A DNA stretch of 64,000 bases, from assembly GCA_050950165.1 (NCBI GenBank), contig JBMNHC010000001.1, positions 453,744 through 517,743 on the forward strand, read 5' to 3'. Position numbers and translations under genes: made by a program. The DNA comes from Candidatus Dojkabacteria bacterium. Its GTDB lineage: Bacteria > Patescibacteriota > Dojkabacteria > SC72. The stretch's first letter is position 1. The number at the start of each line of letters is the position of its first letter. The notes under the pieces are model-generated. The model worked only from the letters and a program-made list of their open reading frames with translations. It was not told where the DNA came from and ran no database searches. Of this stretch, positions 17,193 to 26,581 are shown in pieces.

Positions 17193-18673
17193 GAGGTGGT
17201 TTTTCTAATGAACGGTGCAGAAAGAACAGCTGTAGTTGTAAAGATAAAAACGGGAATAGTATAACCTGTGAAAAGTATAATGAGGGGAATCCTGAGAATA
17301 AATGTTATCACCACATATGTAAAGATAGTAATGGCAATACTCTAGGAGGGGTTTTCTCGACAAACTCTGATTCAGATTCCGCGTGTCGCGATTGTGGATT
17401 TGATACAAAACCAAAAGAGGAAGGAGGAGAGTGTAATTTTGGGTCAGAATGTGCTGCTTGTCCTTGGCCAAAGGTAGCAAACTGTTCTAATCACAAATGT
17501 GGATGTATCCTTCCAGATCAAATACCTGCAGATCAATTACAATGTGGTTCTATAACACCATGTAATCCTCCAGCATGTCCTCAAGGAATGGTAGATTGTG
17601 GTACTTCTGCAGATAGTGAGGATAAAACAGGTTGTTCTGCTCAGGGATCGTGTATTGCTGAGTGTACAATATGTAAGAATAAATCTATAATATTTAGACA
17701 TTGTAAAGCTGCACCTACAAATGTTTGTGATGGAGGTAGTTGGATAGATAAACCTAGTGGTAATATTGACTATGGTAAGAGTATAACCTTTAGTGCTAAA
17801 GCTAAAGATTCAGATGGTATTAAGAGAGACAGTATTGTAGTTAAAAAAGGAACAGAAACATTATCCGAATGTAGTGGTGTAGAGAGTGTAAATTGTATTA
17901 AGTTAACAGAAGCAGCTACAGAGACAACTATTAGTGGAACATTAAGTACCCCTTCTAAGCAGTTAGCACCAGGTAACTATACTATCTCTATGAGCTGGAA
18001 AGACAAGAAAGATGTTGGTGGAGAAGCATGTGCATTAACTACATCTTTTGTAGTACTTGAAAAGCAAACTAATCCTGATTGGGAGATCTCTAAGTCTGTG
18101 GTAGAGCAATGTATTGATGATAGTACAGAAGATCCCAAAGCAGAGTTAACGTATACCATTGCTATTAAAAATACAGGAGATGGAGCGGGTCAGATATCCA
18201 AGATAGAGGATGTATTGGATGATAAGGTTCAAAGTAGCTTTGTTCAATCATCTTCTATTACCCCTCCAGGTAAATATGAGGGTGGAAAGATTATCTGGGA
18301 TTACATATCTTCCCCTCTCTCACTAGCAGCTGGAGAAAGTAAGGTATATACGTATAAGATACTTTTGGATAAAGAAAATTTTGAAACATATAGTAACACT
18401 GCAACATTGACTCCTGTAGGTTCTCCTTCTCTTTCTTCTTCTGCAAATATTGTTGCAGATTGTATAATTACAACACCAGATACACCAGATAAACCTGGAG
18501 AGAAAGTACCTCAAACAGGTCTCTTTGATTCAGTTCTTTCTAGAATAGCTGCAGGTGTAATATTAGTAATATTCGGTGTCTTTGTATACAACATACCTAA
18601 TACAATGTTTGCTAGTAAAGAACCATCCTACAAGTATAGAGATAGATTTGAAAGAAAAGTAGCAAACAGGTAA
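17060..18673 (+). CDS. Cys-rich cell-surface protein, paralog B (same architecture, different ectodomain)
   Basis: The first 44 aa and last ~52 aa are identical to paralog A. The middle has a different Cys pattern (CRKNSCSCKDKNGNSITC...). DUF11-like AELTYTIAIKNTGDGAGQISKIEDVLDDKV. C-terminus KVPQTGLFD + TM + basic tail. Confidence 0.7.
   Translation: MAIRLNKTTKIILAIVILILSVALGYLIWRINQPERLDPTDSDAGGGFSNERCRKNSCSCKDKNGNSITCEKYNEGNPENKCYHHICKDSNGNTLGGVFSTNSDSDSACRDCGFDTKPKEEGGECNFGSECAACPWPKVANCSNHKCGCILPDQIPADQLQCGSITPCNPPACPQGMVDCGTSADSEDKTGCSAQGSCIAECTICKNKSIIFRHCKAAPTNVCDGGSWIDKPSGNIDYGKSITFSAKAKDSDGIKRDSIVVKKGTETLSECSGVESVNCIKLTEAATETTISGTLSTPSKQLAPGNYTISMSWKDKKDVGGEACALTTSFVVLEKQTNPDWEISKSVVEQCIDDSTEDPKAELTYTIAIKNTGDGAGQISKIEDVLDDKVQSSFVQSSSITPPGKYEGGKIIWDYISSPLSLAAGESKVYTYKILLDKENFETYSNTATLTPVGSPSLSSSANIVADCIITTPDTPDKPGEKVPQTGLFDSVLSRIAAGVILVIFGVFVYNIPNTMFASKEPSYKYRDRFERKVANR
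18448..18604 (+). repeat. 3' conserved unit of the tandem surface-protein cassette (copy 2)
   Basis: Matches 16748..16904. Confidence 0.85.
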
Positions 18674-18721
18674 AATTGTATGATATAATCCAAACGCTTT
18701 AATTTGAAGGAGGTAAACCCC

Positions 18722-18922
18722 ATGGCAGTAATAGTTCATGCCAATGAAAATATAGATAGTGCTCTTAAAAGACTTCACAGAGAAGTAATGAGAGAGAAGA
18801 TTTTAGAAACATACAGAGAGAAAGCTTACAGAAGTAAGAAAGCTGACTTAGCTATCCAAAAGAGAAGAGAGTGGGCTAAAATGAAAAGAAGAAGAAGAAC
18901 TGCTGCAAGAAGGGCTAGGTAA
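18722..18922 (+). CDS. rpsU: ribosomal protein S21
   Basis: MAVIVHANENIDSALKRLHREV...RRRTAARRAR. A GGAGGT Shine-Dalgarno sits 8 nt upstream of the ATG at 18722. Confidence 0.85.
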   Translation: MAVIVHANENIDSALKRLHREVMREKILETYREKAYRSKKADLAIQKRREWAKMKRRRRTAARRAR

Positions 18923-18939
18923 ATTTTTACTTTTAATAT

Positions 18940-19383
18940 ATGTCCCTTTTAGAAGATATTCGCAAAGATATGTTTAGTGCTAGTAAGCAGGGTATATCTG
19001 CTGAAGTAGATATACTTAAGATGGCTCTTGCAGAGATTAAAAATGAGGAGATTAAAAAAGGTGAAAGTCTTTCTGATGATGAAGTCATTAAAGTCTTAAG
19101 AAGAGAGAGTAAAAAGATTGAAGATTCCATTGTTGAATTTACTAAAGCAGGAAGAGAAGATCTTGTTGTAAAAGAAAAAGCTCAATTTGATATCTTACAA
19201 AAATATCTACCAGCACTTTTGGATGAATCTAAGATAGAGGCTGTAGTTAAAGATGTAATATCTAAAATTGGTGCAGAAGGAATGAGAGATATGGGTAGAG
19301 TAATGGGTACTGTAATGAAAGAGTTAGAAGGTCAAGCAGATGGTAGAGTTGTTAAAGAAATTGTTCAGAAGCATCTTTCATAA
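18940..19383 (+). CDS. yqeY: GatB/YqeY-domain protein
   Basis: Full-length similarity to YqeY (MSLLE..DM....K...........V.................LSD.E.......E.KK..DS..EF...........K.......YLP). Confidence 0.8.
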   Translation: MSLLEDIRKDMFSASKQGISAEVDILKMALAEIKNEEIKKGESLSDDEVIKVLRRESKKIEDSIVEFTKAGREDLVVKEKAQFDILQKYLPALLDESKIEAVVKDVISKIGAEGMRDMGRVMGTVMKELEGQADGRVVKEIVQKHLS

Positions 19384-19826
19384 TGGAAGATATTTCAGTA
19401 GAGATATTTAATAGTGAATTGGTTTTAGAAATAGAGCCTACATTTAGTATCCCTTTTAGTGAGATAGAGAGAGCATACAAGAAAATATTTTCTAAATATG
19501 CTCTTAAGGATATTAATATTGTCTTTGTTAAATCTGAATATATTCAAGAGTTGAATAGACAGTACAGAGGAATAGATGCACCTACAGACGTTCTCTCATT
19601 TGAGATGGAGAGTAAGGTTAGTGGAGAGATATATATCTGTCCTGAATATATATATCTTACATTTCAAGAAACTCTCTTTGAAGAAGAGATACTCAGATTG
19701 ATAATTCATGGTACACTACATATATTAGGATATGACCATTTAGAGAGTATGAATGACTCTGTAGATGAACAGATGTTTAAAATACAGGAAGAATTACTTT
19801 TAAAGTTTAAACAGTTATGTTTTTAA
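19383..19826 (+). CDS. ybeY: rRNA maturation endoribonuclease YbeY
   Basis: HGTLHILGYDH zinc-binding motif; ~147 aa. Confidence 0.8.
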   Translation: MEDISVEIFNSELVLEIEPTFSIPFSEIERAYKKIFSKYALKDINIVFVKSEYIQELNRQYRGIDAPTDVLSFEMESKVSGEIYICPEYIYLTFQETLFEEEILRLIIHGTLHILGYDHLESMNDSVDEQMFKIQEELLLKFKQLCF

Positions 19827-20371
19827 TAGTAGGTTTAGGAAATGTTGGTAAGGAGTATATAGATACACCACACAACAGTGGATTTCTCTTTTTGGATATC
19901 TTAAGAGAAAGACTCTTGGATATATCTTCGTTACAGGTATCTGAGTGGATTAATGAAAAAAAACTTTTTCAATCTGAAATATGTAAGATTAAAAGAGATG
20001 GAGAAGTAATATTTTTACTTCAAAAACCTCTTACATATATGAATAGGTCTGGAGATGCAGTAAGAATGATAGTTGAGAAATTTGCTCCTAAAAGTATCAT
20101 ACTAGCTCATGATGATTTAGATATCCTACTAGGTAGATACAAGATAGGGGTAGAAAAGTCTCCTAAGGGTCACAGAGGCGTATTAAGTGTAGAAGAGGGT
20201 ATAGGGAGGAAGGATTTCTTAAGGGTGAGAATAGGGGTAGATAACAGAGGAGAGAGAGAGATCCCTGGTGAAGAGTATGTACTACAGAGATGTTCAGATG
20301 CAGAGCTTTCTGCTCTAACAGTTAGTGTTAAAAATGCAGTAGAAGAGTTACTCTCTACTTTTGAACTTTAA
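19817..20371 (+). CDS. pth: peptidyl-tRNA hydrolase
   Basis: LIVGLGNVGKEYIDTPHNSGF matches the Pth N-terminal signature (GLGNPG..Y..TRHN.GF). Confidence 0.8.
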   Translation: MFLIVGLGNVGKEYIDTPHNSGFLFLDILRERLLDISSLQVSEWINEKKLFQSEICKIKRDGEVIFLLQKPLTYMNRSGDAVRMIVEKFAPKSIILAHDDLDILLGRYKIGVEKSPKGHRGVLSVEEGIGRKDFLRVRIGVDNRGEREIPGEEYVLQRCSDAELSALTVSVKNAVEELLSTFEL

Positions 20372-21560
20372 TCTTACAATCTGTGTAATATTTAGATATC
20401 TCTTCTAAGGTATGTATTCTTACTCTCTTGTCTTCTTTCATTACAATTCCTACCTCTTCACTGTTTAAGAATATTCCAATATTTACAATCTCATCTTCTT
20501 TTAGAACAAAGAATAGAGAACCTGATGTAGTATTGTTGTTTAACTCATCTAGTAGGTTTTCCTTTGCAAGATATTCATAGAGTAGTCTGTCATATTTAAT
20601 ATCTACTCTGTATCCTTCAATGTTATACTCTTTGTGTGCAAAATCCTTTAGTACTGGCTCTATCACCATATTCTGATTTAAATATGCTTGGGATATTAAT
20701 CTGTATGAGTTTGTTGCTCCATATCTGTATTTAATCTCTTCCCAAAGATTTTCTCTGTTTGTTGTAAGACTTTTTGTATTTAAGATTTCATAGATATCTT
20801 CTACTAGTTTCTGTTTATTTGCATTTAAGATATTTCCTCTACCGTTATTTTTTGTATCGTAGTCCTTGTAATCGATAACGGTATCAAAATCACTATCATA
20901 TATTGTATGACCATCTTCTTTGTAAAGTATCTTGTTGTAAGTATTTTTGTTCATATACATGGTAAATGGAAGGATTAAAAGAGAGAGAGCTATGAGAGAG
21001 AGTAGGCAATATTTAAAGAATTTACTCTTTTTAAAAAAATATTTATACAGTAAAAAGAGAAAAAAAGAAATTATTACTATCTCTACAGCAAAAGATGGAG
21101 TAGAGAAATATTGGGCGAAGTAGTTCTGTCCAAAAATATTTCCTAAAAGAGTAATCTCTAGTCTAAGAGGTTGAAATATTTGAGAGGAGGAGAAGATAAT
21201 ATCTCCTAGAAGGTGTGAGAGTGTACCAATTAAGAATGAATTAATTAATATTGTAATGACTTTTCTGTTTAAGAGGAGTCTAAAATCTTTGTTAGCAAGC
21301 CTTTTTAGTAAAGCTAAGAGTAATTTTAGAAATACCCAGAGAGATACCCATAGGGGTATAGAGTGTGTGATTACTTGGTGATGAAGAAAAGTAGGTATAT
21401 TACTCATCGTGAGTACGAAGATATCAAAGTCTGGTAATATACCGAAAAAGAAAGAGAGAAGAATTACTGCAGTATGTTCTGCCTTAGTTAATTTCGATAT
21501 CTCTTTTTTCTGTACTACTTCATTTAGTAGTACACTTAAAGGTCCATGAGCTATATACAT
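20355..21560 (-). CDS. YdjM/DUF457-like membrane-bound metal-dependent hydrolase fused to a ~200-aa C-terminal soluble domain
   Basis: The N-terminal half has the YdjM-type pattern (PDFD; HHQVITHSIPLW; HLLGDIIF) across about 7 TM helices. The C-terminal half is hydrophilic and unassigned. Confidence 0.45.
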   Translation of the reverse strand: MYIAHGPLSVLLNEVVQKKEISKLTKAEHTAVILLSFFFGILPDFDIFVLTMSNIPTFLHHQVITHSIPLWVSLWVFLKLLLALLKRLANKDFRLLLNRKVITILINSFLIGTLSHLLGDIIFSSSQIFQPLRLEITLLGNIFGQNYFAQYFSTPSFAVEIVIISFFLFLLYKYFFKKSKFFKYCLLSLIALSLLILPFTMYMNKNTYNKILYKEDGHTIYDSDFDTVIDYKDYDTKNNGRGNILNANKQKLVEDIYEILNTKSLTTNRENLWEEIKYRYGATNSYRLISQAYLNQNMVIEPVLKDFAHKEYNIEGYRVDIKYDRLLYEYLAKENLLDELNNNTTSGSLFFVLKEDEIVNIGIFLNSEEVGIVMKEDKRVRIHTLEEISKYYTDCKIKVQK

Positions 21561-21621
21561 TCTTGTTTAATGTACAATATTATCTTTAGTATTCAATACT
21601 TACTTGGTAGAATAGCTTTGT

Positions 21622-24006
21622 ATGATTAAATCATTTTTAGAAGAATTTGGAAAGAAATTTTCTTCTATACAACTAATTGATGGACAGAATGTTGTAATCC
21701 CTAAAGGTTGTGAGGAGTTGGTAGCTGAGCTTCTTGGTAGAAAAAGTAAGAAAGCCATATGTATATTACCAGAAGATACAGATATATTACCTAAATATAT
21801 CTCAATTGATGTAGGGCAGAGATGGGAGAAGTCTCTTTTGTTAGATTTAGGATATACCTTTGTAGAGAGAGTATGGGGTAGTGGAGAGGTTGCTGTTCTT
21901 GGTGAGAGTATAGTTTTGTGGCCATTTAGTTCTAAGAATCTGTACAGGATTGTACTCTTTGGTGATGAGATAGAGAGTATTGAAAGATTAGAACCTGAAA
22001 GTAGAAAGAGAATTGAGCTGTTAGAGAGTGTTAATATCTTCTCTAATTTCTCTCCCTCATATATATCTAATGAGAATAGAGGGGATATTTTGACATTAAG
22101 GAGGGTAGAGAGCTCACTTCTGGATAGTCAGAGTATAGAATTGGGTATTAGAAAATTACCAGATTTAAGTAGGTATATTAATTTAAAAGCTACAATTAAC
22201 ATCCTAAGAGATTACAAGAAGAGAGGATATGTTGTTTGGTATTTAACTAAAGATCTTTTTAAATTTGATTCTTCATCAGAGATTCAGAAGCTTGTGGATA
22301 GGGTGTTTGAGGTTAACAATGTTGTAGAGAAGTCTTTGGAGAGAGGTTTTCTGTATGAGAAAGAGAAGATATTGGTTTTAACAGATATGGAGGTACTTGG
22401 AGAGCTAGATCTAGGTATATCTAAGTCTAGTAAGAAGATAGATAGGGCATCTGTGGAGCTTTTAAGAAAGATTAGGTTAGGAGATTTTGTAGTACATGAA
22501 GATCACGGTATTGGAAAGTTTGTAGGTACAGTTTCTAAAGAGGAGGGTGAATATATTGAGATTGCATATGCTGGTAGTGATAGATTGTTCGTTCCCCTCT
22601 ATTCATCTTCAAAGGTAATGAGGTATGTAGCTAGTGGTAAGTACCAGCCTAAGCTTACAGGTTTAAACAGTGGTTTTTGGAAAAGGACTTCTAAGAAGGC
22701 AAAAGAGGATGTTAGAAATATTGCTAAAGAACTTTTACAGATATATGCACTTAGAGAGGTTAGTAGGTGTAGTGCTGTGTTACAAAGTGAGAGAGAAAGA
22801 GATGAATATTGGAAGTTTGCAAATGAGTTTGAATTTGTAGATACAGAGGATCAATATATTGCAACTAAGCATATTGAAGAAGATTTTAAGAAAACAAGAC
22901 CGATGGATCGTCTACTTGTTGGAGATGTAGGTTTTGGTAAAACAGAGATAGCGATGAGAGCAGCTTTTGCTGTAGTAAATAGTGGTATGCAGGTTGTTGT
23001 ACTTGCTCCTACTACAGTTTTAGTAAATCAGCATCTTAGGGTATTTAGACAGAGATTTAAGAAATATCCGTTTAGGATAGAGGGGTTTTCTAGATTACAA
23101 AGTGATCAAGAGAGAGAAGATATATTGAAAGATTTAAGTAGTGGGAAGATAGATATATTGATAGGGACACATGCTCTTCTTTCTGAATCTGTTAAGTTTA
23201 AGAAATTAGGTTTGTTGGTAGTAGATGAAGAACAGAAATTTGGTGTAACACAGAAGGAGAAGTTGAAAGCAAAGAGAGTAGATACGCATGTTCTTTCAAT
23301 GACAGCTACCCCTATACCTAGAACTTTAAATATGTCTCTTCTTGGTATTAGAGATATCTCTGTACTAGCTATTGCTCCTCTTGGTAGGGTTGCCATTAAG
23401 AATGAATTTAATACTTTCTCATATGATGAGATAGAGAAAGCGATTCGAAGAGAGCTGGATAGGGATGGGCAAGTTTACTACCTGCACAACAGTATTGCAG
23501 ATATTGGGCTTGTAGAGCAGGAAATTAAAAGAAGGATTCCTAGTATGAAGGTAGAGGTAGCACATGGTAGACTCTCTGGAGAGAGATTGATAAAAGTAAT
23601 GGATGGATTTCAGGGAGGCAAGATAGATGTACTTTTGTGTACAACCATTATTGAAAACGGTTTAGATATATCTAATGCTAATACTTTGATAGTTGATGAT
23701 GTAAACAGGTTAGGTCTTTCTCAGCTTTACCAGATTAGAGGTAGGGTAGGTAGAGGTTCGAAAGAGGCGTATGCTTGTTTCTTCTATGATTCTCTAAAGG
23801 GAGATGCTCTACTTAGGCTTGAGGCAATTAAAGAATCTCAAGCGTTAGGTTCAGGTTTTCTACTTTCAAACAGAGATTTAGAAATTAGAGGTGCGGGAGA
23901 TATACTCGGTAGGAAACAGAGTGGCACTATTAACTCAATTGGTTACGGTTTGTATACACAGCTATTATCTGAAGCAGTAGAGGAGATAAAAGGGGGGAGT
24001 GTATAA
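21622..24006 (+). CDS. mfd: transcription-repair coupling factor Mfd (short form lacking the N-terminal UvrB-homology domains)
   Basis: CarD/TRCF RNAP-interaction domain (RLGDFVVHEDHGIGKFVG). SF2 helicase motifs: GDVGFGKTE (Walker A), VVDEEQKFG, SMTATPIPRT, QIRGRVGRG. C-terminal LEIRGAGDILGRKQSG. Only 794 aa. Confidence 0.7.
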   Translation: MIKSFLEEFGKKFSSIQLIDGQNVVIPKGCEELVAELLGRKSKKAICILPEDTDILPKYISIDVGQRWEKSLLLDLGYTFVERVWGSGEVAVLGESIVLWPFSSKNLYRIVLFGDEIESIERLEPESRKRIELLESVNIFSNFSPSYISNENRGDILTLRRVESSLLDSQSIELGIRKLPDLSRYINLKATINILRDYKKRGYVVWYLTKDLFKFDSSSEIQKLVDRVFEVNNVVEKSLERGFLYEKEKILVLTDMEVLGELDLGISKSSKKIDRASVELLRKIRLGDFVVHEDHGIGKFVGTVSKEEGEYIEIAYAGSDRLFVPLYSSSKVMRYVASGKYQPKLTGLNSGFWKRTSKKAKEDVRNIAKELLQIYALREVSRCSAVLQSERERDEYWKFANEFEFVDTEDQYIATKHIEEDFKKTRPMDRLLVGDVGFGKTEIAMRAAFAVVNSGMQVVVLAPTTVLVNQHLRVFRQRFKKYPFRIEGFSRLQSDQEREDILKDLSSGKIDILIGTHALLSESVKFKKLGLLVVDEEQKFGVTQKEKLKAKRVDTHVLSMTATPIPRTLNMSLLGIRDISVLAIAPLGRVAIKNEFNTFSYDEIEKAIRRELDRDGQVYYLHNSIADIGLVEQEIKRRIPSMKVEVAHGRLSGERLIKVMDGFQGGKIDVLLCTTIIENGLDISNANTLIVDDVNRLGLSQLYQIRGRVGRGSKEAYACFFYDSLKGDALLRLEAIKESQALGSGFLLSNRDLEIRGAGDILGRKQSGTINSIGYGLYTQLLSEAVEEIKGGSV

Positions 24007-24073
24007 AGGTTTTTAAATGTGTAAATATTTTTCACTTGTTAGTAAACGATATCTAGTCTAAGATGTACTCGCT

Positions 24074-25591
24074 ATGTCCACAGTCTTGTACAGAAAATAT
24101 AGAGCACAGAATTTTGATGAACTTTTAGGTCAAGATCACATAACTAAAATTCTAAAGAATGCAATTAAGAGTAATCAGCTCTCTCATGCATATCTTTTTG
24201 TAGGCTCTAGAGGAACAGGTAAGACTAGTACTGCTAGAATACTAGCTAAGGCTGTAAACTGTCTTGCACCTCTTTCAGATGGTAATCCTTGTAACAAGTG
24301 TGAGGTATGCAAAGGGATATCGGAGGGAACGTTTCTAGACTTGATAGAGATAGATGCTGCATCAAACAGGGGTATAGATCAGATTAGAGATCTTAAGGAG
24401 CGAATAGAGTTTTCTCCTTCACTTGGTAAGTACAAGGTATACATAATTGATGAGGTACATATGTTAACCAATGAGGCGTTTAATGCTCTCCTTAAGACCT
24501 TAGAGGAGCCTCCTGAACATATTATCTTCATACTGGCTACTACAGAGGGTTACAGGTTACCTGCTACGGTTCTTTCAAGATGCCAAAGATATGACTTTAA
24601 GCTTGGTAGTGATAACGAGGTAATGGAGATGCTTAAGTCTGTTGCAAAAAAAGAGAAGCTTAAGGTAGAGAAAGGAGCTCTAGAAGTATTAGTTAAAAAT
24701 GCAAGAGGAAGTTTTAGAGATGCTCTCTCTTTACTAGATGTTGTATATCATGGACAACCTACAGATGGTAGTAAGAGTGAGATTACTGAAAAAGAGGTAA
24801 GACAGGTATTAGGTATTCCAGAGATATATTTAGTGGAGGATCTACTAAGTGCACTTCTGCAAGGGAGTGCAATAGAGGCTTTAGAAAGTATTAAAAAACT
24901 AGAGGTTAGCGGGATGGGGTATTCACAATTTATTTCATACACATTAGAGATACTTAGGGAGGTATTGGTTGCTAAGCTTTCAGATTCTAAGGTTGAATAT
25001 TCTTTTGTAAAAGATATTACTCAGAGAGATTTAATAGAATTGATTAATGCTTTCATTAAAGTAGAGAGAGATCTTAAAGGTAGCTCTAACCATATTTTAA
25101 TATTACAGATGTTGATACCGACTTTTTGTCATGAAGAAAAAAAGAGAGGAACAATCTTAGAGAAAGAGAGTGAGAAGGTAGAGGTAGTAAATAGTGATGC
25201 AAATATTCTTAACCTAGAAGAGTTACGAAGTGGTTGGAAAGATATTGTGGAGAGGATAAAAATGCAGAATACTGCCCTTTCTGTATTTTTATCTTCATCT
25301 CGTGTAGCTGGTGTTAGTGGAGATACTGTTAGTATTGAAGTACCTTTTAAATTCTACAAAGAGAGAATAGAGGAGTATTCAAGTAAACAGGTAATTACAA
25401 ATTCCATTAATGAATTACTTGGTGTTAATTGTAGAATTAGTTGTACAGTTAATGCCTTGGTTAAGCCTAAGATAAAGTCTAGTGCTGATGTAGTATTAAA
25501 AAATGTACCAGTTTTTAAAAAGCAAGAGGAGAGAGCTAGTAAGAAGAAAGAGTTGAGTACAGAGGTTGAAGCAATATTTGCTGGTATGTAA
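24074..25591 (+). CDS. dnaX: DNA polymerase III subunit gamma/tau
   Basis: YRKYRAQNFDELLGQDHI...HAYLFVGSRGTGKTSTARILAKAVNC...CNKCEVC zinc module...IDEVHML. Confidence 0.9.
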   Translation: MSTVLYRKYRAQNFDELLGQDHITKILKNAIKSNQLSHAYLFVGSRGTGKTSTARILAKAVNCLAPLSDGNPCNKCEVCKGISEGTFLDLIEIDAASNRGIDQIRDLKERIEFSPSLGKYKVYIIDEVHMLTNEAFNALLKTLEEPPEHIIFILATTEGYRLPATVLSRCQRYDFKLGSDNEVMEMLKSVAKKEKLKVEKGALEVLVKNARGSFRDALSLLDVVYHGQPTDGSKSEITEKEVRQVLGIPEIYLVEDLLSALLQGSAIEALESIKKLEVSGMGYSQFISYTLEILREVLVAKLSDSKVEYSFVKDITQRDLIELINAFIKVERDLKGSSNHILILQMLIPTFCHEEKKRGTILEKESEKVEVVNSDANILNLEELRSGWKDIVERIKMQNTALSVFLSSSRVAGVSGDTVSIEVPFKFYKERIEEYSSKQVITNSINELLGVNCRISCTVNALVKPKIKSSADVVLKNVPVFKKQEERASKKKELSTEVEAIFAGM

Positions 25592-25648
25592 TCTCCCTTT
25601 TAAGGTATAATTCTGTAGAGAAGAATTTAAATTTATTCATACATTGGT

Positions 25649-25939
25649 ATGTTAAACCCCATTGAATTAATTAAGATGCAACAAGAGGCTAAAAAGATGC
25701 AGAACAAGATGAGAGAGAAGAAGATTAGTGGTGAGTCTAAAGATGGTATGGTTAAGATTTTCATGAATGGAGCTCAGGAGTTTGAGGATATATGGGTAGA
25801 TGATGATTTAATGGATAGTGAGATGATGGATAGGTTTAAGAAGGATATGAAAGAGGCTTTTAAAGACTATCAAAAGAATTTACAGAAGGAGATGGCTAAG
25901 GATATGGATATAGATCAGCTTAGAAATATACTTGGTTAA
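25649..25939 (+). CDS. ybaB: YbaB/EbfC nucleoid-associated protein
   Basis: Size and position between dnaX and recR (conserved dnaX-ybaB-recR arrangement); MQ..AKKMQ..M N-terminus. Confidence 0.75.
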   Translation: MLNPIELIKMQQEAKKMQNKMREKKISGESKDGMVKIFMNGAQEFEDIWVDDDLMDSEMMDRFKKDMKEAFKDYQKNLQKEMAKDMDIDQLRNILG

Positions 25940-26564
25940 TATGTCAGTATTACCTCTCTCCGTTGAAAATGTCATTAATGAACTTAGTAAGCTACCTGGA
26001 GTAGGTCCTAAATCTGCTGCAAGGATGGCTTACCACTATCTTAGATCACCAAACAGGGATGCATCTAAGTTAGGTCAGGCTTTGTTAGATATGGATAAGA
26101 ATACTCTCTTTTGTAAGAAGTGTTTTAATGTATCAGATAGTGAAGTGTGTAATATCTGCGGTAGTCCTAAAAGAGATAAGGGGAAACTTTGTATAGTGGA
26201 GGAACCACTAGATGTTGTAGCTTTTGAGAACTCATCCATTTTTGATGGTCTCTACTTTGTATTGGGAGGAGTAATATCTCCTGCAGAGGGAGTAGGAGCA
26301 GAGGAGTTAAGATTTAAAGAGTTAAAGAGGAGAGTATTAGAACTTCTAGAGGAGCAGGAGGAATTAGAGATAATTGTGGCAACAAATCCTAGTTTAGAAG
26401 GAGAGGCTACTGCTAGCTACATTCTAGACTTGTTTAATAGTGAGATGAAAGGTAGTAAAATTAAGATTACTAGATTAGCGATGGGTCTTCCTACCGGTGC
26501 AGATTTAGAGTATGCAGATAGGTTGACTCTTAAAAGAGCACTAGAGGGAAGGAGAGGGATTTAA
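25932..26564 (+). CDS. recR: recombination protein RecR
   Basis: HhH LSKLPGVGPKSAARMAYH, C4 zinc finger (CKKC...CNIC), Toprim LCIVEEPLDV. Confidence 0.9.
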   Translation: MVNMSVLPLSVENVINELSKLPGVGPKSAARMAYHYLRSPNRDASKLGQALLDMDKNTLFCKKCFNVSDSEVCNICGSPKRDKGKLCIVEEPLDVVAFENSSIFDGLYFVLGGVISPAEGVGAEELRFKELKRRVLELLEEQEELEIIVATNPSLEGEATASYILDLFNSEMKGSKIKITRLAMGLPTGADLEYADRLTLKRALEGRRGI

Positions 26565-26581
26565 AATATATACGAATATAT

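Noticed and set aside
15201-18673. Diversity-generating retroelement as the cause of ectodomain divergence in the tandem paralogs
   Set aside because: There is no reverse-transcriptase ORF or template-repeat/variable-repeat pair with adenine-specific mismatches in the window. Divergence spans more than 1.2 kb with indels, not a short VR.
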